Shown here one piece after another: positions 1 to 33,583 of a DNA stretch of 64,000 bases. The DNA is from the human T2T-CHM13v2.0 reference genome, Homo sapiens. A program made the position numbers and the translations under genes. Below the pieces are notes generated by a model. That model searched no databases. It was not told the DNA's origin and saw only the letters and a program-made list of their open reading frames with translations. The stretch lies in assembly GCF_009914755.1 (NCBI RefSeq), contig NC_060943.1. One strand, given 5' to 3'. Position 1 is the stretch's first letter. Every line of letters begins with the position of its first letter.

Positions 1-275
1 CCCAGCACTTTGGGAGGCTGAGGTGGGCGGATCACCTGAGGTCAGGAGTTTGAGACCAGCCTGGCCAACATGGTGAAACCCCGTCTCTACTAAAAATACA
101 AAAAATTAGCTGGGCGTGGTGATGTAGGCCTGTAGTCCCAGCTACTCGGGTGGCTGAGGTGGAAGAATCACTGGAACTCAGGAGGCGAGGTTGCAGTGAG
201 CCGAGATCGAGCTGCTGCACTCCAGCCTGGGAGACAGAGTGAGACCCTGTCTCAAAAAAAAAAAAAAAAAAAAAA
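1..275 (+). mobile_element. Alu (S-type), 5' end cut by window edge, long poly-A tail
   Basis: Alu consensus motifs plus A-run at ~254-275. Confidence 0.95.
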
Positions 276-687
276 GGTGGAACTGGAATTGACAAGACAT
301 CCTCATGGATTGGCCGGGAGCACAGAGGAATCCAGGAGGCCTCCCTGGTTGTGCTGGCTGTCACCTTGAGCCCTGGGCAAATGGCGGTGCTGCTGCCGCG
401 ATGCTGACGGAGAGAGGGGCTGTGTGTGGACGGAGTGTGTAGCAAGGGAGTGAAGTTCCCAAGAAATTTGGGATAGAGTGGAAAGCAGGAGAGAGGGTGT
501 GAGGTGGAGGAGGACGGTGGCCTAGAGGCCGCCTGCCCTCCGGGGAGGCTTAACCAGCAATTCCTGTTGCTGACAGATAATCCCTGCTAGAAGGGGACCC
601 CTCGGTGGCTCCCCACCCCCTTCCTTTGGCCTGGGCCTGAAACAGCGGTCCCTCCACACCCAGCCCCTGCCACTCCCGTCCCGCCGC

Positions 688-740
688 CCCCACCCTGCAT
701 CTGCCTCCTCCCCCACCCTGCATCTGCCTCCTCCCCACTC
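688..740. repeat. 23-bp tandem duplication CCCCACCCTGCATCTGCCTCCTC (x2) in a C-rich tract
   Basis: Directly visible. Confidence 0.8.
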
Positions 741-1306
741 TGCTCCCCGCCTGCCCCCCGTCCCAAACACTGCCAGGGAAGCCCTGTGGGCTGGAAACTG
801 TCACGAAACTCTTCCACTGTGACCAGGTCTCAGCATCTGAACACCCTCCGCCCGCCTTCTGAGGGTTTGGGAATGTGGCGGGGGAAGCACTCTGTGGGCA
901 GAGGCATCTCTCCCAAACTCAGCGTAGTTGCCTCCTCCTCCAGGAAGCCCTCGGGGAGCCTCCAGAGCATCTCACTGTGTGTCTCTAGGATGGGGCCAGG
1001 GGAACCCTCAAGGACCGAGGCAGAGAGCTGGGTTATGGGAGGCGTTGAGATGAATGATTCTCAGCCGGTGTGTCTGTGTTCCCAGGGGACCCTTGTGAGG
1101 GGACAGCCTGAGGATGCCCACACCTTGGGGAGCAGCCACTGAGCAGTGCCAGCCCCTTGGGCCCCTCCCAGTCCACATTTGGGCTGCAGGGTTTCTGGGA
1201 GACCCCCACCCGGGACCCTGAGAAGGAGGTGAAGAGCCCAGCATTTGGGGTCACCTGCACCCCGCAGGAAGGACGGCACGGCTCACACAAAAGACAAATG
1301 ATTTCC

Positions 1307-1312
1307 TTTATT
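1307..1312 (-). terminator. Polyadenylation signal AATAAA of ZFR2
   Basis: Plus-strand tttatt; GU/U-rich tract (TGTCTTTTGTGTG) just downstream on the minus strand. Confidence 0.85.
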
Positions 1313-2130
1313 CCCCCTGCCTCCCAATTTCCAGGTAGCTCTACAAAGACATTCAGACAGAGCCACATGCAGGCTGTCCTTCAAACACAGAGAAACAAAA
1401 CTGAGCCACTGGCTGGAGATCACATCTGCCCAAAGGTGGACTTTTCTCATTCAATGCCACTGGGCAGCTGGCCAAAGAAAAAAAAACTGACCAAGCGGAA
1501 GGTTTGAACAGGTTGGGGTGGGGACTCAGAAGGGGGTGCCCCCACATCCATCAGTGCCAGGAGGCGCCTGCCCACCATGGCCAGCATCCACAAGACGGCG
1601 GCCCCTCCCCGGGTCCCCCAGGCACGGGTCCCGGGCCCTGCTACCACAAGGGGGGATTGGGGACCCCCTGCCTCAGGGCCAGCCAAGGCCTACATCAGGG
1701 AGAGAGGGAGGAAGGAAGGACGGAAGCTCAAATCCAGGCCTCAGTGACACATGGCAGAGTGGGTTTTCTCTGTGAAAGGCACTCAGTGGTACAGGGCTCG
1801 GGGCGGGGGGTGGGTGGGGGTGCCTCTGGGCTCCGGGTCTGACTGTCCAGCACAGCTGTTCCCGGGGGAGGCCCAGCCAGGATCCTCATCGCCCGTCGGC
1901 GTGTCCACCTGGCCCTGTGGCTCTCCCCACAGGGGACGAGCCTGGCTCAGGCCCTGCTGACATCCTGGCTGTGGAGGTGGGTGGGGGGTCTGTTTGGAGC
2001 AGGCTGGGCTGGGGGCGTGGGGATGCCGGCTGGGAGCTCCCCTGGGCTTGTCCTGCACATGTGGTGGGGCCCCAGAACAGGGCCTGCCCACGTGATTTCA
2101 AATCCATGCCGCAGCCGCATCCAAAGAAAG

Positions 2131-3066
<936 letters not shown>

Positions 3067-3142
3067 GAAGCACAGGTGTTTTAAAGGAAACCTACAGAGC
3101 GTTACTCAAAAGGAAATGACCATTGTCCAACGTCGGGGATGA

Positions 3143-3828
<686 letters not shown>

Positions 3829-4164
3829 GACACCGCTTCTTACGACTGCGGAGCTTGGGTCACTGCAGGGCCTGAGGAATTTTCGCGTGGTGCCAGCTGA
3901 CCACAAGGACTGTCCCAGGAGGCCCCCCCGCTCCACTGACCACCAGCTCTTTCCGCCTCACTGGAGGGACCCCACATCCTGCACTGCAAGCCATTCCAGT
4001 GATCCCATTCAAGGCAAAATTCAGAAACGTCAGACCCGATGCGGTTTGGTTTTGGTGCTGCTAGGAGATTTTTCTTATAAACAAATTTGCAAACAAGGTA
4101 ACCACAGTTGAGGGCTGGGCAGGCGGAGCTGTCGGCCACGGCTGGGCTTCTAGGACCATGGTCA

Positions 4165-4626
<462 letters not shown>

Positions 4627-4784
4627 TCAGGGGCCCGTGCATGGGGCTATACTTGCAGCCGTGGCACCTCTGACCCTCAGGCCTCTCTCAGCAGGTTCAG
4701 GGTCTCACCCGGGCACATGGGGGAGTCCTCCTGGCCCCTCAAAGCCTGTTGGGCTGCCAGCATCTCCTGGGCGTTGTGTGTGTG

Positions 4785-5555
4785 TTCGTGCCTGTGTGCA
4801 CCCATGCATATACACATACGCTGACATGTGTGTGTCCATGCGTGCCCATGTGCACGTGTGTGTCCGTGTGTGCACGTGTGTGCTCATTGGCGTATGTGCA
4901 TGTGTGCCTGTGTGTGCATGTGTGCCCGTGTGTGCACCCATGTCGGTGTGTGCTTGTGCATGCACCCATGTGTGTCCATGCATGCACGGTGTGCCCGTGT
5001 GTGTGTGCATGTGTGCCTGTGCATGCATGTCCATGTGTGTGCCCATGCGTATGCATGTGCGCCTGTGTGTGCAAGCATGTCCACGTGTGCCTGTATGTGC
5101 ACTCATTCCATGTGTGTGCCCGTGTGTGTGCATGCATGTGCCTGTGTGTGTGCATGTGTGCCCGTGTGCACTCATGTATGTGTATATGCCCATGTGTGCA
5201 TGCATGTCTGTGTGTGCATGCACTCATGTCTGTGTGTGCCCGTGCGTGCTTGTGTGCCCGTGTGTGCAGGTACATCCATGTGTGCACCTGTATGTGCACT
5301 CATGTCCTTGTGTGCCCGTGCGTGTGCGTGCATGTGTGCCCGTGTGTGCAAGTACATCCATGTGTGCCTGTATGTGTGCTCATATCCATATGTGTGCCCG
5401 TGCGTATGTGTGCCCGTGTGTGCAAGTATGTCCGTGTGTGCCTGTGCGTGTGCATGCACGTGCCTGTGTATGTGCGTGTGTGCCCGTGCGAGTGCGTGCG
5501 TGTGCCCGTGTGTGCAAGTATGTGCGTGTGTGCGTGTGCATGCCTACACGTGTGC
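4785..5555. repeat. Degenerate (TG)n/TGCA alternating purine-pyrimidine tract, ~770 bp, intron 17
   Basis: Recurring GTGTGTGCCC, GTGCATGT and GTGCAAGTA units. Confidence 0.95.
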
Positions 5556-5676
5556 TTTACATGATGGCCCAGGCAATGGGCCGAAAGCTTCATGCTCCCT
5601 TTTCACTTGCTATCATCCTATGTCACTAAAAATGACTCGAAAACACCCTTTTCCGTATCTGGCCGCCACCCTCTCA

Positions 5677-6676
<1,000 letters not shown>

Positions 6677-6914
6677 TGAGGGGAAGGAGCCACCCTATCC
6701 CACCACGTCCCCCCTGTGGCCAGTTCCCGAGGGCACGAGGGGACAGGGGCATTGCTGGCCTCCCACAGCACTGTGTGGGTGCCTCTACAGTCACAGCAGG
6801 AAAACAGGTCTCAGGGAACACAGGCTTTCTCCACGTCAGGACAGCCGCACACCGGTCACCCAGCACGGAGGCTACTGTGACCTCCTCCCAGGAGAGGAGA
6901 GGACGTTTCCCCTA

Positions 6915-7248
<334 letters not shown>

Positions 7249-7874
7249 TTAATCTCTACCAAACCAAACAGAACAAAACAAACAAACGCCTCTGTACCAT
7301 GCTGCATTCTGGACACTGGGCAGTGGGTGGGTGTGGATGAGGCACACAGGCCCAGTGGGAGGGACCACGGGCAAGACACCACTCCAGCACGGGATGGGGG
7401 ACGCCACTCCAGCATGAGATGGGGGACGCCCGCAGGGCGGGGGGGAGGCCGGGTGTGGATGGCTGGCTTGTGGCTGGTGGAGAAGGTGTGGGGACTGGGT
7501 GGGTTCCCGGGGTCTCCGTGGGGAGCGTGGGCATGGGGCGTGCTCTGTGAACCTTGTGGTGAGGGGATTCTGTTTCTTCTCTTCCCTCCCCTTTCTACCA
7601 GGATGGGCTGGGGGGTGGTGTTTGAGCCACAGGGGGTCTCCCCTCCAGAGCAGGTGGGTCTGGGCTGGGTCACCCAGAGGCCGGTGTGCAGCCAGGATGG
7701 GGAGTCCGGCTTCCGCCCCTCTGCCTGGGCCCCTCTGCCCCGGTGCCACGAAGTCGGGCAGACACCTCACATTTCCCTGGCCAGTCCCACATTTGCATGT
7801 GAGGTTCTGGGTTTTGAATAGTGGCAGTCAAATGAGGCTGTGGAGAGGGCCGTCTCCCCCGCAAGGGGACCTCA

Positions 7875-8135
<261 letters not shown>

Positions 8136-8387
8136 TTAGCTTTCAGGGGCTCACGTGGCCACACGGCATGGCGCCGGGCTCTGTCGTGAGCGTGAACCCC
8201 AGGGAGGATAATAGGGAGCCTGGCGGGCCTCGAAGGTGGCGGGTGGAAACAGAGTCCACTCCCACATGAGCCCGGTGCCACCAGGCTGTTGAGTGGCCAC
8301 GAGACGGCAGCGTCCCCACCCCCAGGGCAGCACCCACTCCTTCCACACTTCCCAACCCCATCAGCCAGGAGCCAGCGTTGGTTGTCA

Positions 8388-9648
<1,261 letters not shown>

Positions 9649-10046
9649 TAAAAAGGGAGTTTTAGAAGCTCACCTCCCCACCACGCTGGGCCTGGGGAGA
9701 GGAAGCGGGGGCAGGAAAAGGCCGACAGGAAGTGCAGTTTCCTGGGGGGCGGCTCACGGGGCTCTTCTGTCACTGATCTGTCCTCACAGAAGGATTTCCG
9801 CTCACTTCATCACCCACCCGAGCCAGGAAAGAGCCACTGTCTAGTGGCCGCCAACCCTTAACCCGCCCCCACAACCGCGCCACTCCCCAGCCTCCTCCGC
9901 ATTTGTGTCACAGCCTTCAGCTAGCGCCAAAAGCCACTCTCTTCCCCACACTGTACTTAGTTTTTAGATGACTATTTGTGAGGACTGATCGTGACTTTCC
10001 ATTTAATGATTCAAGGCTCTTATTAAAAAACAAAACAAAACACTTA

Positions 10047-10368
<322 letters not shown>

Positions 10369-10888
10369 ATACCAAATCGATTGAAAGAGAAACATCAGTA
10401 GGTCATGGCCCTCAGTTATGACCAAAAAAGATTACGAAGGGGGTAAAAGATGATAGGAGTTTGGAAAACTGCCCTAGAGACTGTTCTGGAAGATTCCACA
10501 GCTGGCTGAGACTTCGGGAGCACAGACGTGCAGTGTGTTACTGATGCCTGTCTTCGCTGTGGCCGCTGGCCAAGACCCTCGCTGCCCCTAGCCTGGCCCG
10601 GCCCCTCACCCACCCTCCCAGGCCTGGCAGGTCTGGCTTTAAGACCCCCGATTCCCTACATTCCTAATCAGTGGCACTGGGACTGTGGTGACTGATGGAC
10701 AGAGTCAAACTGAGCTTCTGCCGTGACCCAGGGGAAATGGCTCAGACCTGTCCTTTGCCGCCAGGGCTGGTGTCACCAGGGCCTGAGAAGCAGGTGCCAG
10801 CCCTGGGTAAGGGCAAGGGAGGTGACACGGTGTCGCTTGCCCGAGCAAGGCCCCTGCAGCCAGGCTCTGAGCCCATCTGATGCTGTCA

Positions 10889-11314
<426 letters not shown>

Positions 11315-12346
11315 TTAATCCCGTCGGGCCTCCCACACTTGCTGCCTGGGTGCCGGGCCCTGTGCCCTGTGTCTGGAACCTCCAAGTGACCAAGACACAG
11401 CCGCAGCCCTCCAGGAGTGCACACATGTAGAGATATGTACAGACAACAGATCATGTGATGCAAGGAGCCTCCATATGTAAAGAATACCTGTAATTCAATA
11501 ACAAGAAGACCAGCAATCCAATAAAAAAATTGGTGAGTGAAATAACAGATACCTGGCAGAAAAAGAAACACAAATGGCCCTTTTTACACAGTGACACACA
11601 TTACCCCATAGTCAGGGAGGAGTAAACTAAAACCATAATGAGACGCCACCATCTCCTGTGAGCAGGACATAGCTCAAGAGGTCTGTGTCACAGTCTGGTC
11701 TTCCTGTCCATGGTCATCACCCTCCATGAGGCCTGTGCTCACACCTGAGCCTGGCCTCCCACCTGAAACGCACCTCTCTCCCCATCCTCCATCCCTTCCC
11801 TTCTCAGGGCCTCCCTGCTGCAAGGCAGCCCCCAGGGGGCTCCGTTGACATTACTGGGGTGGATGTTGTCAGCTTCCCCACAGCCTTATACATTCTCATG
11901 GGGCTCAGTTATTGTCTTTGCCACCAGGCTGCAAGTTTTCCAGAAAGCAGGGGCTGTATCTATCATGTTGTGGCCACTGTCATGTTGTAGGTGTGCAGGA
12001 AATGTGAGATGCAATTATTGAAGTCAGAGCATGTCACTCCCCTGCTCAAAACCCTCCAGCCTCCCCACTTCCCTAAGAATGCAATCCTACCTCCTGGTAC
12101 GGCCTTCAGGCCTGGCTTGATCTAGGTGCCCCCTCATTCCCTCGTGCCCACCCCTCCTTGCTCTGGGCCTCCTGCTTTTTGGCCTCTGCAGGTGCTGGTC
12201 ATTCTATGGGGAACACTGTCTCCCCGACCAGGCACTGCCCATCCACTGGGCATCCAGTGCCCACTGGAAAAGTCAAAGGAGTAAGGCTGAGTTTTCCCAG
12301 GGATGGTGACAGACGCTCAGGAAGAAGGAACGACTCTGGGGACTGA

Positions 12347-14320
<1,974 letters not shown>

Positions 14321-14544
14321 TCACCGGGCATGCCTCGGAGTAGCCGGGACGCGTGGCCAAACCCACATTTTCCTTCCTTGTGAGCAAACGCTAAGCCCCA
14401 GGCCCGCCCCGCGAGGTCTGGTGGCTCCCGCGTTCACGGACTCTGTCACCCTGTTGTTTCGGCTCCACATGGGTTCCAGAGAGGACAGAAAGCAAGGCTG
14501 CTTTCTGCTCTTGCTTCACGGGGGTTAAGAAAATTCACAAACCT

Positions 14545-15450
<906 letters not shown>

Positions 15451-15477
15451 GAGAAGCATTCAAAGAGGAAAGTGAAC

Positions 15478-17591
<2,114 letters not shown>

Positions 17592-17894
17592 TCAGGCCAG
17601 CAGTGGCCCTAAGCTGGGGGCAAGTCAGAAACACTGGGGCCTTATGCTCCCAGCAAGGAAGGAAGGGCCAAAGCTCTTGCTGGGGCTCCACTGCACTGCA
17701 TGGGTGCCTGCTGTATGCACAGAAGACTGAGGCTGGGAAGGCTGGTGTGGGGGGCAGCCAAAGACACCCCTTAGGCAAATGAGGCCCAGCCCGGGCAGCC
17801 ATGGCCTTCAGGAGGTCCTGGTTCCCTTCCCAATGCAGACCTGCTGCTGCTGGACACACCAGAGTCAGATGTTACATCAGAAAATGCTCTAGGA

Positions 17895-18315
17895 TGGACA
17901 CAGGGGACACTGGGAATGAGGGGACGCTAGGGGATCAGGGGGACACAGGAGACTCCAGGGGTCAAGGGGACTCAGGGGATACCAAGGGTAAGGGGACACA
18001 GGGTCATCAGGGGTCAGGAGACACAGGAACACCAGGGGACAGAGGGACACCAGGGGTCAGGGGGACTCCAGGGGTCAGGGGTCACATGGCACACTAGAGG
18101 TCGGGGGACACAGGGACACCGGGGGTCGGGGGACACAGGGACACTAGAGGTCGGGGGACACAGGGACACTAGAGGTCGGGGGACACAGGGACACCGGGGG
18201 TCGGGGGACACAGGGACACTAGAGGTCGGTGGACACAGGGACACTAGAGGTCGGGGGACACAGGGACACTAGAGGTCGGGGACACAGGGACACCGGGGGT
18301 CGGGGGACACAGGTC
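17895..18315. repeat. G-rich minisatellite, intron 10; ~9 copies of 25-bp ACAC(TAGA/CGGG)GGTCGGGGGACACAGGG at 18091-18312, preceded by diverged copies
   Basis: 25-bp period directly visible. Confidence 0.93.
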
Positions 18316-18577
18316 ACAAGGCACCTCTGCAGCCGTGTGGTCCAGCGAGTTGGCCGGCAGTGTCCCTGCGTCTACGGAGGCCCTGGAGCCCACGTGTCAG
18401 GTCCGCACGCCACTGTGCCCTTGCCCGTCTGCTCTGGAACCCTCTCACGCTCCCACACCAGGACGTGCCCACTGCCCGGGCACCCGTCTCCCCCCACTGC
18501 TCGAGAGCTCACACGGAGGAGCTCCGTAATCTGCAGCAGTGGGCGTCTAGGTTCCACGCTGGACCTGCCCTCCCTCA

Positions 18578-19993
<1,416 letters not shown>

Positions 19994-20298
19994 GAATCCC
20001 AGGCCTACAGGCAAGGCAGAGGAAACCCAGCCCTGCCTCTTTGGCACGCACAAGGCCAACCGGGGTCTGAACTGCCGCTGGCCTGGGAGCTGGCAGACCT
20101 GGCCCAGGAGCTCGGCTCCACTGCTCACCAGCCTGACCTTGGCAGGTCCCAGGGTCCCGCAGGCCCAGGAAAGGGGCTAGACAGAAGGGCTTCCAACCTC
20201 CCGGGGAGCTTTCTACTGCCCAGATCCCTTCCACCTTCCAGACAGACGGCTCCGCAGGGTCCCCTGTTGGGAATGCCTCGGCCTGTCTCTGGCCCTCA

Positions 20299-20697
<399 letters not shown>

Positions 20698-21127
20698 TTA
20701 TACCCTGTTCCAGGAGAAAGCACTGCAGCTGCAGACCCGCCAGGCGGCATGGGGTGGAGAGCCACCCAGACTGCAGGCTGTGCCATCCCCCTCCCTCCTG
20801 TGATGTCAGGGGGAATGGCCCCGGACAGCAACCTCGCTCTCCCTTTCATGCCTGCGTGTGACCCAGCCAAGAAACCGAGGCCAATTTCAATCCATCCGGG
20901 GAGAAGCCCTGGTTTTAGGCCCTCGCTTGAGGAACCCACCGACAGCACAAAATCCACAGTTAATAGACCATGAAGTATCAGGCGGACCAAGGCTCGCACT
21001 TAACCTACCCCCGTTAGGCGAAATGATGGAGCCTCGGGGGGAGACAAATATCTTTGTTATAAGAATGACTTGATGGTTTGATCTTCAAAATCATGTTGCT
21101 ATTCAAGAATCAACGCTGCTGAGGCTA

Positions 21128-22258
<1,131 letters not shown>

Positions 22259-22451
22259 TTATTGGTTCTGCCAGCACTCTCTGGAAATGGTCTCAAAGGG
22301 TCTCCAAGGTTCAGGGCGGTGTGGGCCAGTGGGAGGCCATCTTGCTCTGCAGGAATAAGGGAGAGACGGCACCAGCCAGCCCCTCACCACCCCCCGGGAA
22401 GACATGACGAAAATCGACTGGATGGTAGATTTTCTCACGAAACTTTCACTA

Positions 22452-22916
<465 letters not shown>

Positions 22917-23615
22917 CTAGTGTGTGAGCACGTGGCTCACCGGCTCACACGGACGCTCTTCCTCCTCCTCCACCACGTGGGCTGCCAGGTGGGGCCGTTT
23001 CTCAGCCTCCCAAGCCCCAGCCTAGTGCTCCCTGACTGCCCGGGACTCAGCATGTGTGGATGGATGGTGGGTGTGCACGTGTCCCTGGACGGACACCCAC
23101 GTTCTGCACGCACGTGTGCACATGGTCACGTCCGTATTCTGGCCGTGCCCCATTCTCAGCACCTCTAGGTACAAGGTGTTTCTGGCAAAGGTTCCGTGTG
23201 CACAGGGCCACTGTGTGTGTGCTGGGGACCATCTCAGACACACTTCCCAGCTCTGTCTCTGACACGCTGTACCCTGGTACAAGACCTGCCCTGTACCCCC
23301 CAACCCCACAACGGGCAGCAGGGCCTGCCTGACCCCCAGACTGAGCCCCAGCCTGTGGGGGTGACACCTGCAGCTCTGCCCCACCGGCCCCTAGCTCTCC
23401 GGTCCCCAGGCCAAGTCTCCTTCCCCCGTTTCTCTGCCCCGCTCCTTCCCTCCTCCATGCCTCCCTGCTCATTCCTCTTTCCCCTGTGGGTTCACACGGG
23501 CCCTCAGCAAGCTGTCCTGAGCCGAGCCAGGGAATGAGGCCCTGGATGAGCCTCCAGGCAGCTGGGGGAGAGAAGCCAGGTCCTCAGCCAGGCCTCCCAG
23601 GGTGGCTCAGCCTGA

Positions 23616-27712
<4,097 letters not shown>

Positions 27713-28144
27713 GAAACTCAAACTTCTATGCGAGCACTCTGCAAAGAAGGCCGGGGTCTCTCCCAGCATGAGACACAGTGGAGAGCTGCTGGAGGAAAGA
27801 GTCTGAGACAGGGAAAGGGTGATCTGGGGCGGGAGGGGTCCTGAGCAGGGACCGGCCCCCCATCCCCAGCTGGGTCAGGGGTCCTGATAACGGTGTCCTG
27901 AGCCTTCTCACACCTCTCCAGAGTCTGCGATTGCAGACTCCGTGTCTCTCCGCGGTCCAGAGCTTCCTTTCAGAGTATTAAAAACAAAAGAAGATCAGGG
28001 TGTGTGTTTTGCAAAGACAGAGCTCTAGGGTCTAATTATCTTTCCAGGAATTGAGCCCACGATCTCAGCTGGGTGATTTGCAAGCTTTAAAATCTCAAGC
28101 TCGTGTGTTTGGTAAAGATTCTTTCACGTATGTCCCAAACAAGC

Positions 28145-28450
28145 ACTGCCACGCACAAGCACACATGCACACACACACACGGGCGCATGCACACACATAC
28201 ACATGCAGGCATACATGCGCACACATACACACACGCACACACATGCACACACATACACACACGCTTGCACACACAGGCACATGCAGGCACACATGCGCAC
28301 ACATACGTGCAAGCACACATACATGCACACTCACGTTTGCACACACATATGCACACATATACACATGCATAAACACACGCACACATACACACTCACACTT
28401 GCACACACACACAAGCGCTTGCACACACAGGCCATGCATACAACATGCAA
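28145..28450. repeat. Degenerate (CA)n/CATG tract (UG-rich on the ZFR2 transcript), intron 5
   Basis: Directly visible. Confidence 0.95.
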
Positions 28451-28472
28451 GTTAACACCAGACCTTCTTTCA

Positions 28473-29202
<730 letters not shown>

Positions 29203-29555
29203 TCACCTGCAGATGGGCCCTGGACTCAACTGGCTGGAACACGCTAGATGCTTAAGCCAGGACCAGAGGCCAGAGCCTTGGGCCAGGTGCTGGCAGCGAC
29301 TCGCAGGTTACCTTGTGCCCACCTCTCCTTTCCAGAGCCCGGCTTCTCTCTCCTGCCATGGGGGAGGAGGGCTGTGGGTGCCCTAGACAAGCTCCTCTGC
29401 ATCTCCAGCTCCATCACCCACAGAGCTCACCTCCTGCCACCCCGGGAAAGCTTCCTTGGAAAAAATGTTAGCTGCATTTTCAGTCCTCACTTTCCTTCAT
29501 TCATAGGCCCACACCTGGCAGAGATCCCAGGGCCCATCTGAGCAGCCAGCTCTGA

Positions 29556-31049
<1,494 letters not shown>

Positions 31050-31202
31050 CTATGTGGGGGTTTCGGCAGGAGAGAGACAGAGAACGGAGGAGAGCAGCTC
31101 AGGCGGTGGGTGCGACGCGCCCTGCCACACTGCACTCTGCACTTAGTCCTTCCTGCAGCGCTGGCTCCTAAGCGTCTGCCCAGGACCAGGCCCTGGCCCG
31201 GA

Positions 31203-31240
31203 GGCAGGGGGCAGGGGGCAGGGGGCAGGGGGCAGGGGGC
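31203..31240 (+). repeat. (GGGGGCA)n heptamer, ~5 copies; G-quadruplex-competent
   Basis: Five G5 runs with 2-nt loops. Confidence 0.88.
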
Positions 31241-31986
31241 GTGGTTGACACAGCAGCTGTCATGGAGCCGACACTAATTTCCAAGAGTTCGACTGCAATT
31301 TACAAGAGGATGCTTGGTGCGGCAGGAGAGGGCGGGTTTGCAGGGAGAAGCCCCCGAGGCCTTGGCAAGGAAATGGAGAGGGGAGGAAGAGGGTGGGGTC
31401 AGGTGGGTGCTGAGCTTGAGTGACAGGGTGGCCTCTGATGCCGTTGACCGACACAATCTGGGGACGAGGTGCGGGTGGCAGAGCTGGGAAATTGGAGCAT
31501 GGTCACGGGGGACATCTTTGTGACACCAAGTGGGAACACGGTGGCTGGATCTGCAGCCTGAGTGCCTCGGTTGGGAAGGTGAGGTCGTCAGCACCCAGGT
31601 GCACCCCACACACCACAGACTCCCTCTTAGAAGGTAGGAATCCGGAGCGTGGGGAAGGTGGGGTGAGTCCTGGTCTCTCTGGGCCCAGGTGGCCGAGGCC
31701 ATCTGCCCTGACCAGGGAGGGGTCCTGTAACCCAGGCGACCCTCCTCCTCCTTCATAGTCACTGCTGAGGCTGGGACAAAGCTCTGTGCGCCGTCACTGT
31801 CCCCACTGCCCCGACGTGGAGGTACGCATGCGGCCTGTCCCCGAGAGCAGTGGATTCTTTCGGAAGCGACTCTGCCCTGATTTCTCCCCACCACGGGTAC
31901 GCAATGCCAGCAGAAGGGTCCCGAAGGAAGGATCACGGTTAAGAGGCCTGGGAGAAGGAGTAGCTGTGGGAAGCCCACCGCTCTCA

Positions 31987-32289
<303 letters not shown>

Positions 32290-32384
32290 TTAGAGCGAGT
32301 TCTCAGGTGCACTGAGTTGACGGTGTCAATTCCAGCCACCACTGGACCTGAGCTGCCCTGCTTGGTGGAGACCCTCCTAGGAGC

Positions 32385-33245
<861 letters not shown>

Positions 33246-33249
33246 AGTA

Positions 33250-33583
33250 CAGCTGTCCCTCACTATCTGCAAGGGTTGAGTTCCAGGACCCCCTCAGATG
33301 CCAAAATCCATGGATGCTTGAGTCCCTGACATAGAACGATATAGTGTTTGCATATAACCTAAACATATCATCCCATATACTGTAAATCATCTCTGGATTA
33401 CTTATAATACCTAATACAATGTAAGCACTATGCCGATGGCTGTTACATTCCATTGTTTAGGGAACAATGAGAAGGAAAAACCCCATACATGTTCAGTACA
33501 GATGCATTTTTTTCCCAAATATTTTCCACCCTTGGCTGGTTGAATCCATGGATGCAGTGCCTATGAATGCGGAAGGCCAACCG
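33250..33583 (+). mobile_element. MER2-like TcMar-Tigger non-autonomous DNA transposon, near full length
   Basis: TA|CAG...CCG|TA ends; ttccaggacccc, atcatctctggattacttataatacctaatacaatgtaa, ggttgaatcc motifs. Confidence 0.85.
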
